This document shows positions 1-9,797 of a stretch of 64,000 bases of DNA, piece by piece (the stretch's first letter is position 1; the number at the start of each line of letters is the position of its first letter). The DNA lies in contig OZ252149.1 of assembly GCA_965248755.1 (NCBI GenBank), positions 4,000,001 to 4,064,000 of the forward strand. The letters are read 5' to 3'. This DNA comes from Candidatus Latescibacterota bacterium (GTDB lineage: Bacteria > Latescibacterota > CBDEFO01). The position numbers and the translations under genes were made by a program. Below the pieces are notes generated by a model. It ran no database searches. It was not told where the DNA came from and saw only the letters and a program-made list of their open reading frames with translations.

Positions 1-19
1 AAGGTTTTAATAGCGGGAT

Positions 20-976
20 ATGATCAAGCTATCTATAATTATCGTTGCGTGGAATACTAAGGAATATTCAGTGCAGTGTCTTGATTCGGTCTTTATATAT
101 CCTCCCACCTGCGAATTTGAGGTTATCTATGTTGATAATTGCTCCCAAGATGGGAGTGTAGGTATCGTAAGAAGGTTGTTTTCTAGTGTAAGAATAATAC
201 AAAACGAGCGTAATATCGGCTTCCCCAAGGCTAATAACCAGGCTATAAGGATAGCTCAGGGAGAGTACATACTGCTTCTGAACTCTGATACAGTTGCTTT
301 AGACGGATCCATTGATAAACTTTTGAACTTTATGGAAGACACTCCCAAGGTCGGGGCGGCAAGCGGGAAGTGTCTCTATCCTGATGGACGCAAGCAATGG
401 ACAATCAGCACAGCGCCTTCAGTACGGGTTCTGTTCAAATGGATGCTGGGTCGATATGGACCGTCGTACAGACTCATGTCAAGATTTATGGATATTGGAA
501 AAGGGAATTCCCGAAGAGAGCCGAGTGAACCTGTAGAACAGGACTATCCGTATGGTGCATTCTTGATAGCCAGAAGAGAGGCTGTCGAACAGGTAGGCCT
601 AATAGATGAGAAAATGTTCACTTTTGGGGAAGATCTCGATTGGGGTGTTCGAATGAGAAAGAAAGGTTGGAAGGTATTTTACGTCCCGGATGCTCAGGTA
701 ATACACTATCAAGGTCAGACAACGAAGAAAGATCCTAAGAGATTTCATATCGAATGGTTGAGGGCCCATAGATATTTCTTTAGTAAATACAAGAGCCTTC
801 TATATTGTTCGGTTATAGACTCCATTTTGATCGCGGACATAATGTTTATGTTTCTAAAGATCTCCTTGGGCAGTCTAATAAACAGAAGAAATAGTAACCC
901 GGTCTTTAAATCAAGAGATGATTGTTTGGGAGTGCTAAAGGGGGCGTTCTCCAGCAGCCACAGAGCAAATAGATGA
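20..976 (+). CDS. GT2 glycosyltransferase (WbbL/rhamnosyltransferase-like)
   Basis: SIIIVAWN, VDNCSQDGS, NIGFPKANN, LLLNSD, GEDLDW motifs. Confidence 0.85.
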   Translation: MIKLSIIIVAWNTKEYSVQCLDSVFIYPPTCEFEVIYVDNCSQDGSVGIVRRLFSSVRIIQNERNIGFPKANNQAIRIAQGEYILLLNSDTVALDGSIDKLLNFMEDTPKVGAASGKCLYPDGRKQWTISTAPSVRVLFKWMLGRYGPSYRLMSRFMDIGKGNSRREPSEPVEQDYPYGAFLIARREAVEQVGLIDEKMFTFGEDLDWGVRMRKKGWKVFYVPDAQVIHYQGQTTKKDPKRFHIEWLRAHRYFFSKYKSLLYCSVIDSILIADIMFMFLKISLGSLINRRNSNPVFKSRDDCLGVLKGAFSSSHRANR

Positions 977-1090
977 AGAGAGGCGTAATCGTTTCTATCT
1001 CTAAATCCGGCCTTCTCATCAACGATATGTCCAGCAAGTTTATAATTGTTGTTTGTGTCGAAAAGAGCGTGGAGAACAAGGAGCTTTGCA

Positions 1091-2008
1091 TTGAAGAAGT
1101 ATTTCCTGTCTGTGATAATACCTACTCATAACCGAGAAGATATTCTGAAAAAGTGCCTGGAGGCTCTATTTGTGCAGTCTTATTCCAGGTCGTCGTATGA
1201 AATAATAGTGGTAGACGACGGCTCTACCGATGGGACTAACAAGACAGTAGAAGTGCTGAAGGACTGTTCGCCCGTGCCTTTAAAGTTCTTTCAACAGATC
1301 AAAAAGAGTCCTGCGTCTGCCAGGAATATAGGCATTAAGAACGCTGAGGGTGAAATAGTCTTGATCATCGGCGACGATGTGATCGCCCTCCCGACTCTGT
1401 TAGAGGAACATATTTTGTGGCATAAAAAGTATCCTTCGGATAATAGCGCTGTGTTGGGATTTACGACGTGGTCGCCCCAGATAGAAATTACGCCTTTTAT
1501 GAGATGGTTAGAGAACGGAGGGCCGCAGTTTAAGTATTGGTCGATCAAGGATAAGGAGAACGTCGGGTATGGTCACTTCTACACCTCGAATATCTCCTTG
1601 AAACGAGACTTTCTATTGAAAAACGGTCTCTTTGACGAGGACTTTCCGTACGCTTCTTATGAGGATACTGAATTAGCATTCAGGTTGGAGAAGAAAGGGC
1701 TGAGGATTGTCCACAACGACAGGGCTATCGGCTATCATTATCACAGTACGAGTCTAAACGACGCGTTGAAGCGGATGGAAAGGGTAGGTTTATCTCGTCA
1801 GATATACCTGTCCAAGGTGGGCAGGGATATCCAGAACGCGGATATAAACGGTCGAAGTCCTTTAAGAGAGTTTCTATCGGATGTAAAATTAAAGCTATTT
1901 AAGCTCGCAGGACATGTGGCTGAGAGGCGCTTCGTAGCACCGAAGGTATACAGCTACTTGATGGACATGGCTATGTCTGAAGGGTTTAACAAGAAATTGC
2001 AAATTTGA
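1091..2008 (+). CDS. GT2 glycosyltransferase
   Basis: SVIIPTHNR, VVDDGSTD, GDD, YEDTEL; start placed at TTG 1091 after AAGGAG (ORF track start 1046). Confidence 0.85.
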   Translation: MKKYFLSVIIPTHNREDILKKCLEALFVQSYSRSSYEIIVVDDGSTDGTNKTVEVLKDCSPVPLKFFQQIKKSPASARNIGIKNAEGEIVLIIGDDVIALPTLLEEHILWHKKYPSDNSAVLGFTTWSPQIEITPFMRWLENGGPQFKYWSIKDKENVGYGHFYTSNISLKRDFLLKNGLFDEDFPYASYEDTELAFRLEKKGLRIVHNDRAIGYHYHSTSLNDALKRMERVGLSRQIYLSKVGRDIQNADINGRSPLREFLSDVKLKLFKLAGHVAERRFVAPKVYSYLMDMAMSEGFNKKLQI

Positions 2009-2038
2009 GGAAATCACAATAATCAAAGGTGTGAAGAC

Positions 2039-2413
2039 GTGGCTCGTTTAGCGTGTCTGGATCCAGATGAGAGCACGGTAAAAGGACAAATGTTCAACGT
2101 TTCATACGATAACTATAAGATTTTGGACCTGGCTTATGAGGTGAGGGACGCTCTGGGCGGGATAGATGTAAAAATTGAGGTGGATCAGAGTAAAAGAAAA
2201 GACAGGAGCTACAGGATTTCCGTGGACAAGATCCAAAATGTCTTGGGATTTAAGTATTCTGTCTCTGTCGCTGAGTTCGTGGCTACGATGGTAGAGAGGA
2301 TTCGGGAGTGGGGTTATACGGACTTTTCCCATCCGAGGTATTACAACATAAATTGGATGATGCTTTTGACTGAGGTTGAGAGCAATCTCAAGAAGATGGG
2401 CGGGTTGTTTTAA
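2039..2413 (+). pseudogene. C-terminal remnant of NAD-dependent epimerase/dehydratase (extended SDR)
   Basis: DVAR...GQMFNV...DRSYRISVDKIQNVLGF resembles an epimerase C-terminus; no Rossmann N-terminus or YxxxK. Confidence 0.65.
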
Positions 2414-2436
2414 GTTTAAGATAGGAAGGCGTTTTT

Positions 2437-4227
2437 TTGTTCATACTCGGTATCTCCTGTTTCTACCACGATGCTGCCGCTGCTATCTTAAGGGACGGGC
2501 AGCTAATAGCGGCGGCTGAGGAGGAGAGATTCTCAAGAAAGAAGCACGACTTCGGGTTTCCGATCAACGCTATAGAGTTTTGTCTGAGAACAGCGGGAAT
2601 TACGGCGGAAGAGTTGGACTACGTTGTCTTCTATGAGAAACCCTTTGTCAAGTTCGAACGCATATTGATGACTGCGTTCGGGACCTTTCCCAAGTCGTGG
2701 AAGGTATTCCGCGAGGCGATGGTGACATGGCTCTTGGACAAGCTATGGATAAGGGGAATCCTGAAGGACAAGTTGAGCGCAGCCTCGGAGAAGGTGCTCT
2801 TTGCCGAGCATCATCTGTCGCACGCTGCGAGTGCATTTTTATGTTCTCCTTTCGACAAGGCTGCTATCTTGACGATCGATGGCGTTGGGGAGTGGACAAC
2901 CACGACCATGGGCAAGGGTAGGGGGACGGATATTACGCTCACAAGGGAGATGCGTTTCCCTCATTCGCTGGGGCTTTTGTACAGTGCCTTTACGGCCTTT
3001 TTGGGGTTTGAGGTGAACGAGGGGGAATACAAGGTTATGGGCATGGCGCCTTACGGCCAGCCCAAATATGTGGATAAGATTCATAAACTCATAGAGCTGT
3101 ATTGCGACGGAAGTTTCCATCTGAATATGGACTACTTTTGTTATCACTATTCCCCCGAAAGGACGTATAACTCGAAGTTCACCGATCTTTTTGGAACTCC
3201 CAGAGACCCCAAGTCCAAGTTCTTTACGCCCTCTACTGGTTATCCCTCCTATTTTGGAGAGAAGCCGCAAAATTGCGACCAGGCGGGCAGGGCGAATGAG
3301 TACTACGCCGATATAGCCGCAAGCGTTCAGGCCCTGACCGAAGAGGCTATCTTAAAGATGGCGAACTGTCTGTACGAGGAGACAAAAAGCAAAAGGCTCT
3401 GTATGGCGGGAGGCGTGGCTTTAAACAGCGTAGCCAACGGGAAAATATTGAAAGAGACTCCGTTTGAGGAGCTATACATACATCCCGCCGCGGGGGACGG
3501 AGGAGGCGCTGTGGGTGCTGCTCTTTACGCCTATCACTGTCTTTTGGGAAAGCCAAGGGAGTTTATAATGGAGCATGCTTATTGGGGACAGGATTACGGC
3601 GAGGACAAGATCAAGAGCTTTCTTGAAGGGAACGGCATAAGTTATGAGTATGTAGAAGACGATGAGATCCTGTTCGACAGGATAGTGGATCATCTCCAGG
3701 ATGGGAAGGTTATAGGATGGTTTCAGGACAGATTCGAGTGGGGACCGAGGGCCCTGGGCAACAGGAGCATCTTAGCAGACCCAAGAAAGGCCGAGATGAA
3801 GGATATTGTGAACACCAAGATCAAGTTTCGGGAGCCCTTCAGACCGTTTGCACCTTCTGTTTTAGTGGAGAGGACCGAGGAGTTTTTCGATCTTCCACAA
3901 GCTGATAAGCACTACCCTGCAAGGTTTATGTTGTATGTAGTGGATGTGAAGGAGGATAAACAGGATGTGATTCCGGCTATAACCCACGTTGACGGGTCGG
4001 GCAGGCTCCAGACCGTGGTAAAGGAGACAAACCCGAGGTACTACAGACTGATAGAGAAATTCGGCCAGGCTACAGGAGTGCCTTTGGTGCTGAATACCTC
4101 TTTTAACCTTAAGGGCGAGCCCATAGTCAACACTCCCCAGGATGCGTTTAATACGTTTATGGCAAGCGGAATGGATCTATTGATTCTGGATAGATTTGTG
4201 ATAGAAAAAGAAAGCGAGGAGACATGA
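2437..4227 (+). CDS. Carbamoyltransferase, NodU/CmcH/SxtI family
   Basis: ILGISCFYHDAAAA, EEERFSRKKH, EHHLSHAAS, DGVGE, GPRALGNRSIL, KFREPFRPFAP, LNTSFN. Confidence 0.95.
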   Translation: MFILGISCFYHDAAAAILRDGQLIAAAEEERFSRKKHDFGFPINAIEFCLRTAGITAEELDYVVFYEKPFVKFERILMTAFGTFPKSWKVFREAMVTWLLDKLWIRGILKDKLSAASEKVLFAEHHLSHAASAFLCSPFDKAAILTIDGVGEWTTTTMGKGRGTDITLTREMRFPHSLGLLYSAFTAFLGFEVNEGEYKVMGMAPYGQPKYVDKIHKLIELYCDGSFHLNMDYFCYHYSPERTYNSKFTDLFGTPRDPKSKFFTPSTGYPSYFGEKPQNCDQAGRANEYYADIAASVQALTEEAILKMANCLYEETKSKRLCMAGGVALNSVANGKILKETPFEELYIHPAAGDGGGAVGAALYAYHCLLGKPREFIMEHAYWGQDYGEDKIKSFLEGNGISYEYVEDDEILFDRIVDHLQDGKVIGWFQDRFEWGPRALGNRSILADPRKAEMKDIVNTKIKFREPFRPFAPSVLVERTEEFFDLPQADKHYPARFMLYVVDVKEDKQDVIPAITHVDGSGRLQTVVKETNPRYYRLIEKFGQATGVPLVLNTSFNLKGEPIVNTPQDAFNTFMASGMDLLILDRFVIEKESEET

Positions 4228-4403
4228 GGGCTGTTAAGAATTTCCTGGGCAAGTTTTCGATAGCCGGGGAACTTCTGGTCTTTTTCTGGAAGCGGAAGCT
4301 CTGGTGGTTGATTCCAATGATGGTTGTACTCCTGGCGTTTGGGCTTGTGATGGTGTTAGCTCAGGGGACAGCTATTGCTCCTTTCGTATATACGCTCTTT
4401 TAG
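4224..4403 (+). CDS. Small membrane protein, DUF5989/SxtK-like (59 aa, absent from ORF track)
   Basis: Manual translation MRAVKNFLGKFSIAGELLVFFWKRKLWWLIPMMVVLLAFGLVMVLAQGTAIAPFVYTLF; ATGA overlap with carbamoyltransferase stop. Confidence 0.85.
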   Translation: MRAVKNFLGKFSIAGELLVFFWKRKLWWLIPMMVVLLAFGLVMVLAQGTAIAPFVYTLF

Positions 4404-4421
4404 TCGAGACGGCGAATAGAA

Positions 4422-5318
4422 ATGCGTGTAGCGCTTATTGGAGCCAACGGACAGTTGGGCTGTGATATTGCAAGGGCCTTGTCCGCGATTGATTCTATCG
4501 GGGACTTGAATGACAGGGTTCTGATCCCCCTGACCCATACGGATATCGAGATTACAGACTTCAAGCTTATGACCGATGTGCTGTCCGAGCATAAGCCGGA
4601 TATAGTTATCAACACCGCGGCTTATCACAGGGTAGATGACTGTGAAACAAATCTGGAGAAGGCTTTCTCTGTGAACGCCCTCGGGGCAAGAAATCTTGCC
4701 CTCCACTGTAAAGAGAATAAAATTTGTCTGCTGCACATCAGCACAGATTACGTGTTTGATGGAAAGAGGACTTCACCCTATGTAGAGTCGGACCTTCCCA
4801 ATCCGCTGAACGCTTACGGCGTGTCCAAACTTGCGGGGGAGCATTTCGTAAGGAGCATTACGGATGAGCATTTCATAGTCAGGACGTCTGGACTTTATGG
4901 AATTCATAAGTGCAGGGCAAAGGGCGGGAACTTCATAGATACTATGCTGAGGCTATCCCAAGAGCAGGACGTGATAAGGGTGGTAGACGATGAGGTTTTG
5001 ACCCCGACTTACACTTTAGATGTGGCTTATCAGATAAGGGAATTGTTAGAAACAGGCACTTATGGGACGTATCACATAACCAATCAGGGTGAATGCTCCT
5101 GGTACGAGTTTGCAAGTAAGATATTTGAGTTTATGGATATCCAGGTGAATCTTGAAAGAATCACAGCAGATGAGTTCAGGAGTCCTGCCAGGCGTCCCTC
5201 CTATTCTGTGCTTGAGAATAAGGCGTTGAAGGACATAGGGATAGATAGAATGAGAAGTTGGGATGAGGCGTTGAATGCGTATTTGCAGGAAAGAAAAGAG
5301 CAACATCACGATGGATAA
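4422..5318 (+). CDS. rfbD: dTDP-4-dehydrorhamnose reductase
   Basis: GANGQLG, STDYVFDG, PLNAYGVSKLAGE, RRPSYSVL. Confidence 0.95.
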   Translation: MRVALIGANGQLGCDIARALSAIDSIGDLNDRVLIPLTHTDIEITDFKLMTDVLSEHKPDIVINTAAYHRVDDCETNLEKAFSVNALGARNLALHCKENKICLLHISTDYVFDGKRTSPYVESDLPNPLNAYGVSKLAGEHFVRSITDEHFIVRTSGLYGIHKCRAKGGNFIDTMLRLSQEQDVIRVVDDEVLTPTYTLDVAYQIRELLETGTYGTYHITNQGECSWYEFASKIFEFMDIQVNLERITADEFRSPARRPSYSVLENKALKDIGIDRMRSWDEALNAYLQERKEQHHDG

Positions 5319-6282
5319 GAAAGTTAGTATCTATATTCTCAACTACAACGGTAAAGATCTCTTAGCGGAATATCTTCCCTCTGTAGTAGAAGCTGTGAAG
5401 TACGATGGCAACGGGCACGAGATAGTGGTTGTAGATAATCTCAGCACCGACGACAGTGTGGAATTCGTGGAGAGGAACTTCCCCCAGGTTAAAGTTAGAA
5501 AGATGGAGACGAATAGACTCCTCTTTTCTTATAATCAGGTTGTAAAAGAGTGCAAGAACGATTATGTAATCCTTCTAAACACAGACATAAAGATCGTAGA
5601 ACCTGACTTTGTGCGCCCTCTTTTAAGACATTTCTCAGATCCCGATGTCTTTGCAGTTGTGCCCAAGGTCTTGTCCGATAATCCTTCAGAGGAATACCTT
5701 TACAGGTGTCCTGGAGTCTTTTCACGGGGTCTTCTATGGACAGGGAGATGGGAGAAGTTTCCGGGGAAGGGATTTACGCTCTTTGCACACGGAGGAGCAG
5801 CCGCCTACAACAGAAATAAGTTTCTGGAACTTGGTGGATTCGATGATATCTACTGCCCTGGGTATGATGAAGACCAGGATATTTCCTATTTAGCGTGGAT
5901 GAGAGGATGGAAGATTATCTTTGAACCTGAAAGCGTAGTATTTCACAGGGGAGGCGCTACATTCAAAAGGACTTATAAAGATAATATGATGCAGCAGCAT
6001 AAGGAGAAGGTGGCGATGGTCTTTGCTCTTAAGAATATATCTGATCGTAGAATGCTCGCTGAATTCTTCTTTTGGTCTTTACTTAGATTTTTCAAATATC
6101 TTTCAAATTCTGATATGAGCAGGGTGAAAGCGTACAAAGACGTTATAGCGATGACTTCTCGTATTTTAAGGTCCAGGAGAAAGATGAAAATGTCCAGGAG
6201 GATTTCGGACAGAAGCATACTTGAAATTATAAAACGAAATCGTACACAATCTTCTAAGAGTACAAGAATAAGTAAAAGATGA
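5311..6282 (+). CDS. GT2 glycosyltransferase
   Basis: SIYILNYNG, VVDNLSTDDS, LLNTD, GGFD, EDQD; ATG 5311 overlaps rfbD end. Confidence 0.85.
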   Translation: MDKKVSIYILNYNGKDLLAEYLPSVVEAVKYDGNGHEIVVVDNLSTDDSVEFVERNFPQVKVRKMETNRLLFSYNQVVKECKNDYVILLNTDIKIVEPDFVRPLLRHFSDPDVFAVVPKVLSDNPSEEYLYRCPGVFSRGLLWTGRWEKFPGKGFTLFAHGGAAAYNRNKFLELGGFDDIYCPGYDEDQDISYLAWMRGWKIIFEPESVVFHRGGATFKRTYKDNMMQQHKEKVAMVFALKNISDRRMLAEFFFWSLLRFFKYLSNSDMSRVKAYKDVIAMTSRILRSRRKMKMSRRISDRSILEIIKRNRTQSSKSTRISKR

Positions 6283-7520
6283 AAATTCCTAATGATATTT
6301 CGATAGTCATATACCTCACAGGCGATTGGGAGACGTATCATCGGCGTTCGATGATAGAGGCTTTTTCGCGCAATCTTTTGGGGATAGGCAGGATATTGAG
6401 CGTAAATCCCGTCATAAACCCGGCTACTGCTTTTTTGCGCGGCAACAGGAGGAGGGCTATACAGAGCATAACCAATGAAGGTATTCAGAAGATCAGTGAA
6501 AATCTATACGTATTGCATCCACATGCTCCCTTCTACACTCCATTGGACAGATTCTTGGATCTTTCGGCGAACGTCCGGACTATGCTAGCTAAGCAGATAA
6601 AGAAGGCGTTGGATGTCATAGGAGCATCACCGTCGGATAAGAGAATATCTTGGCTTTATAAGCCGCAGCAGGTTGATCATATCGGTTTGATAGATGAAAC
6701 GCACGTCCTTTATGAGTGCTACGATGAATACTGTTATACGAGTTTAGATTACAAGCCTAGACCATCTGTGATAGAACAAGAAAAACTTCTGCTCCGACAG
6801 GCGGATATTGTGTTCACCACATCGAGGGCACTACACGATTCAAGGAGCAGATTGCATTCGAACGTGTATCTTGTTCCAAATGGTGTGGATTTTGAGCATT
6901 TCGCGTCAGCTCTGGATGTTGGTGATTCCCCTCCGCAGGATATTCTAGACATCAAAAAACCGATTATCGGTTACATCGGAAGCTTAGGACACAGCATAGA
7001 TGTTAATCTTTTGTTGGATATTATTGATAATGCGGACTGGTCATTTGTGCTTATCGGAGGCATAGTAGATTGTGTCCAAAAGGAATATTTGGACTGGATA
7101 GTACCCAGGCTCAGCCGTCTCAAAGAACATAGCAATTTCTATCATTTAGGATGGCAAGAGCGCAGTCAACTTCCCGCTTATCTTAAAGCTATAGATGTGG
7201 CTGTGATGCCCTACATCGTAAACGAGCACACCAAAAATTCCAATCATCTCAAACTGTGGGAATACCTTGCGACCGGAAGACCTGTGGTAGCGATGAACAC
7301 CAGCAGTGAGGTCTGGGAGTCGAGAGAGGCTGTCCTTGTGGCTCAAAATAGGGATGAGTTTATCTCCCTTATAGATTATGCTCTCAAGAACGATATGAAG
7401 GAACGGATCGCCAAGGGTATTGAAATGGCAAGACAGAATAGCTGGGATAGAATTACCAAGAATGCTGTTGATATAATACTGCAGTCTGTAAATTCAGTCG
7501 AAACTGTTCTAACAGCTTAA
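6279..7520 (+). CDS. GT-B glycosyltransferase (GT4-like, TuaH type)
   Basis: YECYDE, VPNGVDFEHF, PIIGYIG, KLWEYLATGRPVV. Confidence 0.85.
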   Translation: MKIPNDISIVIYLTGDWETYHRRSMIEAFSRNLLGIGRILSVNPVINPATAFLRGNRRRAIQSITNEGIQKISENLYVLHPHAPFYTPLDRFLDLSANVRTMLAKQIKKALDVIGASPSDKRISWLYKPQQVDHIGLIDETHVLYECYDEYCYTSLDYKPRPSVIEQEKLLLRQADIVFTTSRALHDSRSRLHSNVYLVPNGVDFEHFASALDVGDSPPQDILDIKKPIIGYIGSLGHSIDVNLLLDIIDNADWSFVLIGGIVDCVQKEYLDWIVPRLSRLKEHSNFYHLGWQERSQLPAYLKAIDVAVMPYIVNEHTKNSNHLKLWEYLATGRPVVAMNTSSEVWESREAVLVAQNRDEFISLIDYALKNDMKERIAKGIEMARQNSWDRITKNAVDIILQSVNSVETVLTA

Positions 7521-7539
7521 AAAGTAGAGGTGTTAGCAG

Positions 7540-8355
7540 ATGGTTCTTGAGGTGGATAAGAGCAAACTTATAGATATGAGGGACTCCCAATCTAAATCTT
7601 TCAAAGATATACGCGAGGAAATGGTACAAATTAATTGGCAGTCGCAGTCTGCTTGGTTTAGGCTGATGCTCAAAACAAATGCAACTTTGCGGGAAAGGTT
7701 CTCCGATCTGCTTTATGGAATCGAACTCAAAGGAGCTCGAAGATGGGAATATCCTTGGGCAATACTGAGCACTGATCTTGAGCCCGGCCTGTGTGTTTTG
7801 GATGCTGGATGCGGTGGATCTCCATTGCCGATATACCTTGCAAAAAGAGGATATGACTGTTTCGCAACGGATCCCGACATAATGAATCCGTTAGATCCCA
7901 GCAAGTACAAGGGCATACACAAGAAATGTATCAACGTCCGCAGATTTATAAAGCACCGTATGTTTAGATATTTTGGAGGTAGCTTAGGTGATGGATACTA
8001 TAACCTGGCCACAAGACATAACGTATCAATAACCTACAAAAAGGAAAGCATACAAGAAATGAGCTTTGAAGATAACTTTTTTGATCGGGTCTTCTGCATC
8101 AGTGTGATAGAGCACGTTCCCAAAGAAGAATGGTCTATCTGCATAGAACAACTAATGAGAGTTGTGCGTCCAGGTGGAAAGCTCATAATCACTCTTGATA
8201 TATTCTACGATGATCTTCATGTATACAAAGACATTATTCCCTACAGCAGTTTGAAATTTCTGATCGATAGAGATCATTCCAATGTCAAATATTCCGATTG
8301 GCCGCCTGAGCTGCTTGAGACTATTGGTTTGGTTATGACAAAAGAAAAAGAGTAG
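7540..8355 (+). CDS. Class I SAM-dependent methyltransferase
   Basis: RRWEYPW, VLDAGCG, FDRVFCISVIEH, RPGG. Confidence 0.85.
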   Translation: MVLEVDKSKLIDMRDSQSKSFKDIREEMVQINWQSQSAWFRLMLKTNATLRERFSDLLYGIELKGARRWEYPWAILSTDLEPGLCVLDAGCGGSPLPIYLAKRGYDCFATDPDIMNPLDPSKYKGIHKKCINVRRFIKHRMFRYFGGSLGDGYYNLATRHNVSITYKKESIQEMSFEDNFFDRVFCISVIEHVPKEEWSICIEQLMRVVRPGGKLIITLDIFYDDLHVYKDIIPYSSLKFLIDRDHSNVKYSDWPPELLETIGLVMTKEKE

Positions 8356-8389
8356 TCTGTACTGTGATATAATTGATAAAGGGATTTTT

Positions 8390-9235
8390 ATGCAGGGCAT
8401 ATCGGTACTTATTCTGACCAAGAACAACGAAGATACTATAGAGAAGAGCTTGCAGAGTGTCAGGGGAGCCGATGAGATCGTTATAATAGATTCTCTGAGC
8501 ACTGATAGGACGCTTGAGATATGCCAGAAATATACTACGAAGATATATCAACAGGAATGGCTCGGGTTCTCCAGACAGCGGAATGTTGCTATCGCCAAGG
8601 CTAGCTATGACTGGATATTTTTCCTCGATTCCGACGAAGTGGTTGAGGCCGGCGTGTGGGAGGAGGTGCTCGAGATAGTTTCCAGCAGTAGTCGACAATA
8701 CGACGTTTATTCTGTTCCTCAGCTGACCTATTTCCTCGGCTGCCCTTTGAGGCACGGAGGATGGATGACAGCTTGGCCTCATCTCTATCGCACAGCAAAG
8801 GCTCATTTTGATGAGAATAAAACCAACCACGAAGGGTCAGCCGTACCGGGTGAATCTGGAATACTTGAAGGGATGATACATCACTATTCGTTTCCTGATA
8901 TGAAGGCGTATTTCGAGAAGTTCGACCGCTACACAACGCTCGATGCAAAACAGATGCAAGTGTCCGGGCTGACAAAGAGGAATCGCCTTGTAGAGTTGAA
9001 ATTGGATAGCACATTTTCCGTTTTGAAGTTCCTGTTTTGGGATCCTGTTCTGTGGTTCGGTAGGAGATTTCTACTCTTAAAGGCATATAAAGACGGCGTC
9101 CCCGGACTTATTTACGCTATCTTTGGTGCTTTCAACGAATTTGTTGGAAGGGTCAAATATCTGGAAATGAAGATGAAAGAGCGCAGGTATGAGGGGTATT
9201 GGCAGCACGGAGAGGTAAATAAAGTTCCACTATAA
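8390..9235 (+). CDS. GT2 glycosyltransferase (WaaE/LgtF-like)
   Basis: DSLSTDRT, WLGFSRQRN, WIFFLDSDE, KFDRYTTL, YKDGVPG. Confidence 0.85.
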   Translation: MQGISVLILTKNNEDTIEKSLQSVRGADEIVIIDSLSTDRTLEICQKYTTKIYQQEWLGFSRQRNVAIAKASYDWIFFLDSDEVVEAGVWEEVLEIVSSSSRQYDVYSVPQLTYFLGCPLRHGGWMTAWPHLYRTAKAHFDENKTNHEGSAVPGESGILEGMIHHYSFPDMKAYFEKFDRYTTLDAKQMQVSGLTKRNRLVELKLDSTFSVLKFLFWDPVLWFGRRFLLLKAYKDGVPGLIYAIFGAFNEFVGRVKYLEMKMKERRYEGYWQHGEVNKVPL

Positions 9236-9797
9236 ACATCGTATTGATCTTACCGGAGGCGCCTTTTAGTCCTTCGACTCAAAATGGCGGACAATATAAA
9301 TGACCATTCCTGCCCTGTGCGTTCCTGATGTGGAGGAGTATTTTGAGAAGTTTAACCGCGGCACAACACTCGATGCGGAACATATGCGGCTGTTCGGGAC
9401 GACAAAGAGGAATCGCCCTGTACAGTTGAATTTGGATAGTACATTTTCCGTTTTGAAGTTTCTGTTTTGGGATCCTATTCTGCGGTTCGGCAGAATATTT
9501 CTATTTTTAAAGGCATATAAAGACGGCATCCCTGGACTGATTTACGCTATCTTTGGCGCTTTCTACGAGTTTGTTGGGAGAGTTAAATATCTGGAAATGA
9601 GGATCAAAGAGAGCAAATGCCCAACAGATGAGAGTAGACCATGTGAGGATCGGGTAGAGGATAAAAAGACATCGGCTTTTCCCCAAAATAGTTCTTCGAT
9701 ACACCCCGGTGTAAGTGTTCGCTCCCCCAAGAGGCGTCTTTTAGTCTTCTGGCACGGGATCGGGGATAATATAATGGCAATTCCTGCCCTGCGAGCG
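8892..9797 (+). repeat. Diverged tandem duplication of GT2 3' end plus GT9 5' end (8892-9321 vs 9322-9797)
   Basis: 8892-9182 aligns to 9322-9612; 9254-9321 aligns to about 9730-9797 (gaggcg.cttttagtc...attcctgccctg). Confidence 0.8.

Noticed and set aside
2437..4403. Saxitoxin biosynthesis
   Set aside because: Only SxtI/J/K-like genes are present; no sxtA or sxtG; context is glycan synthesis
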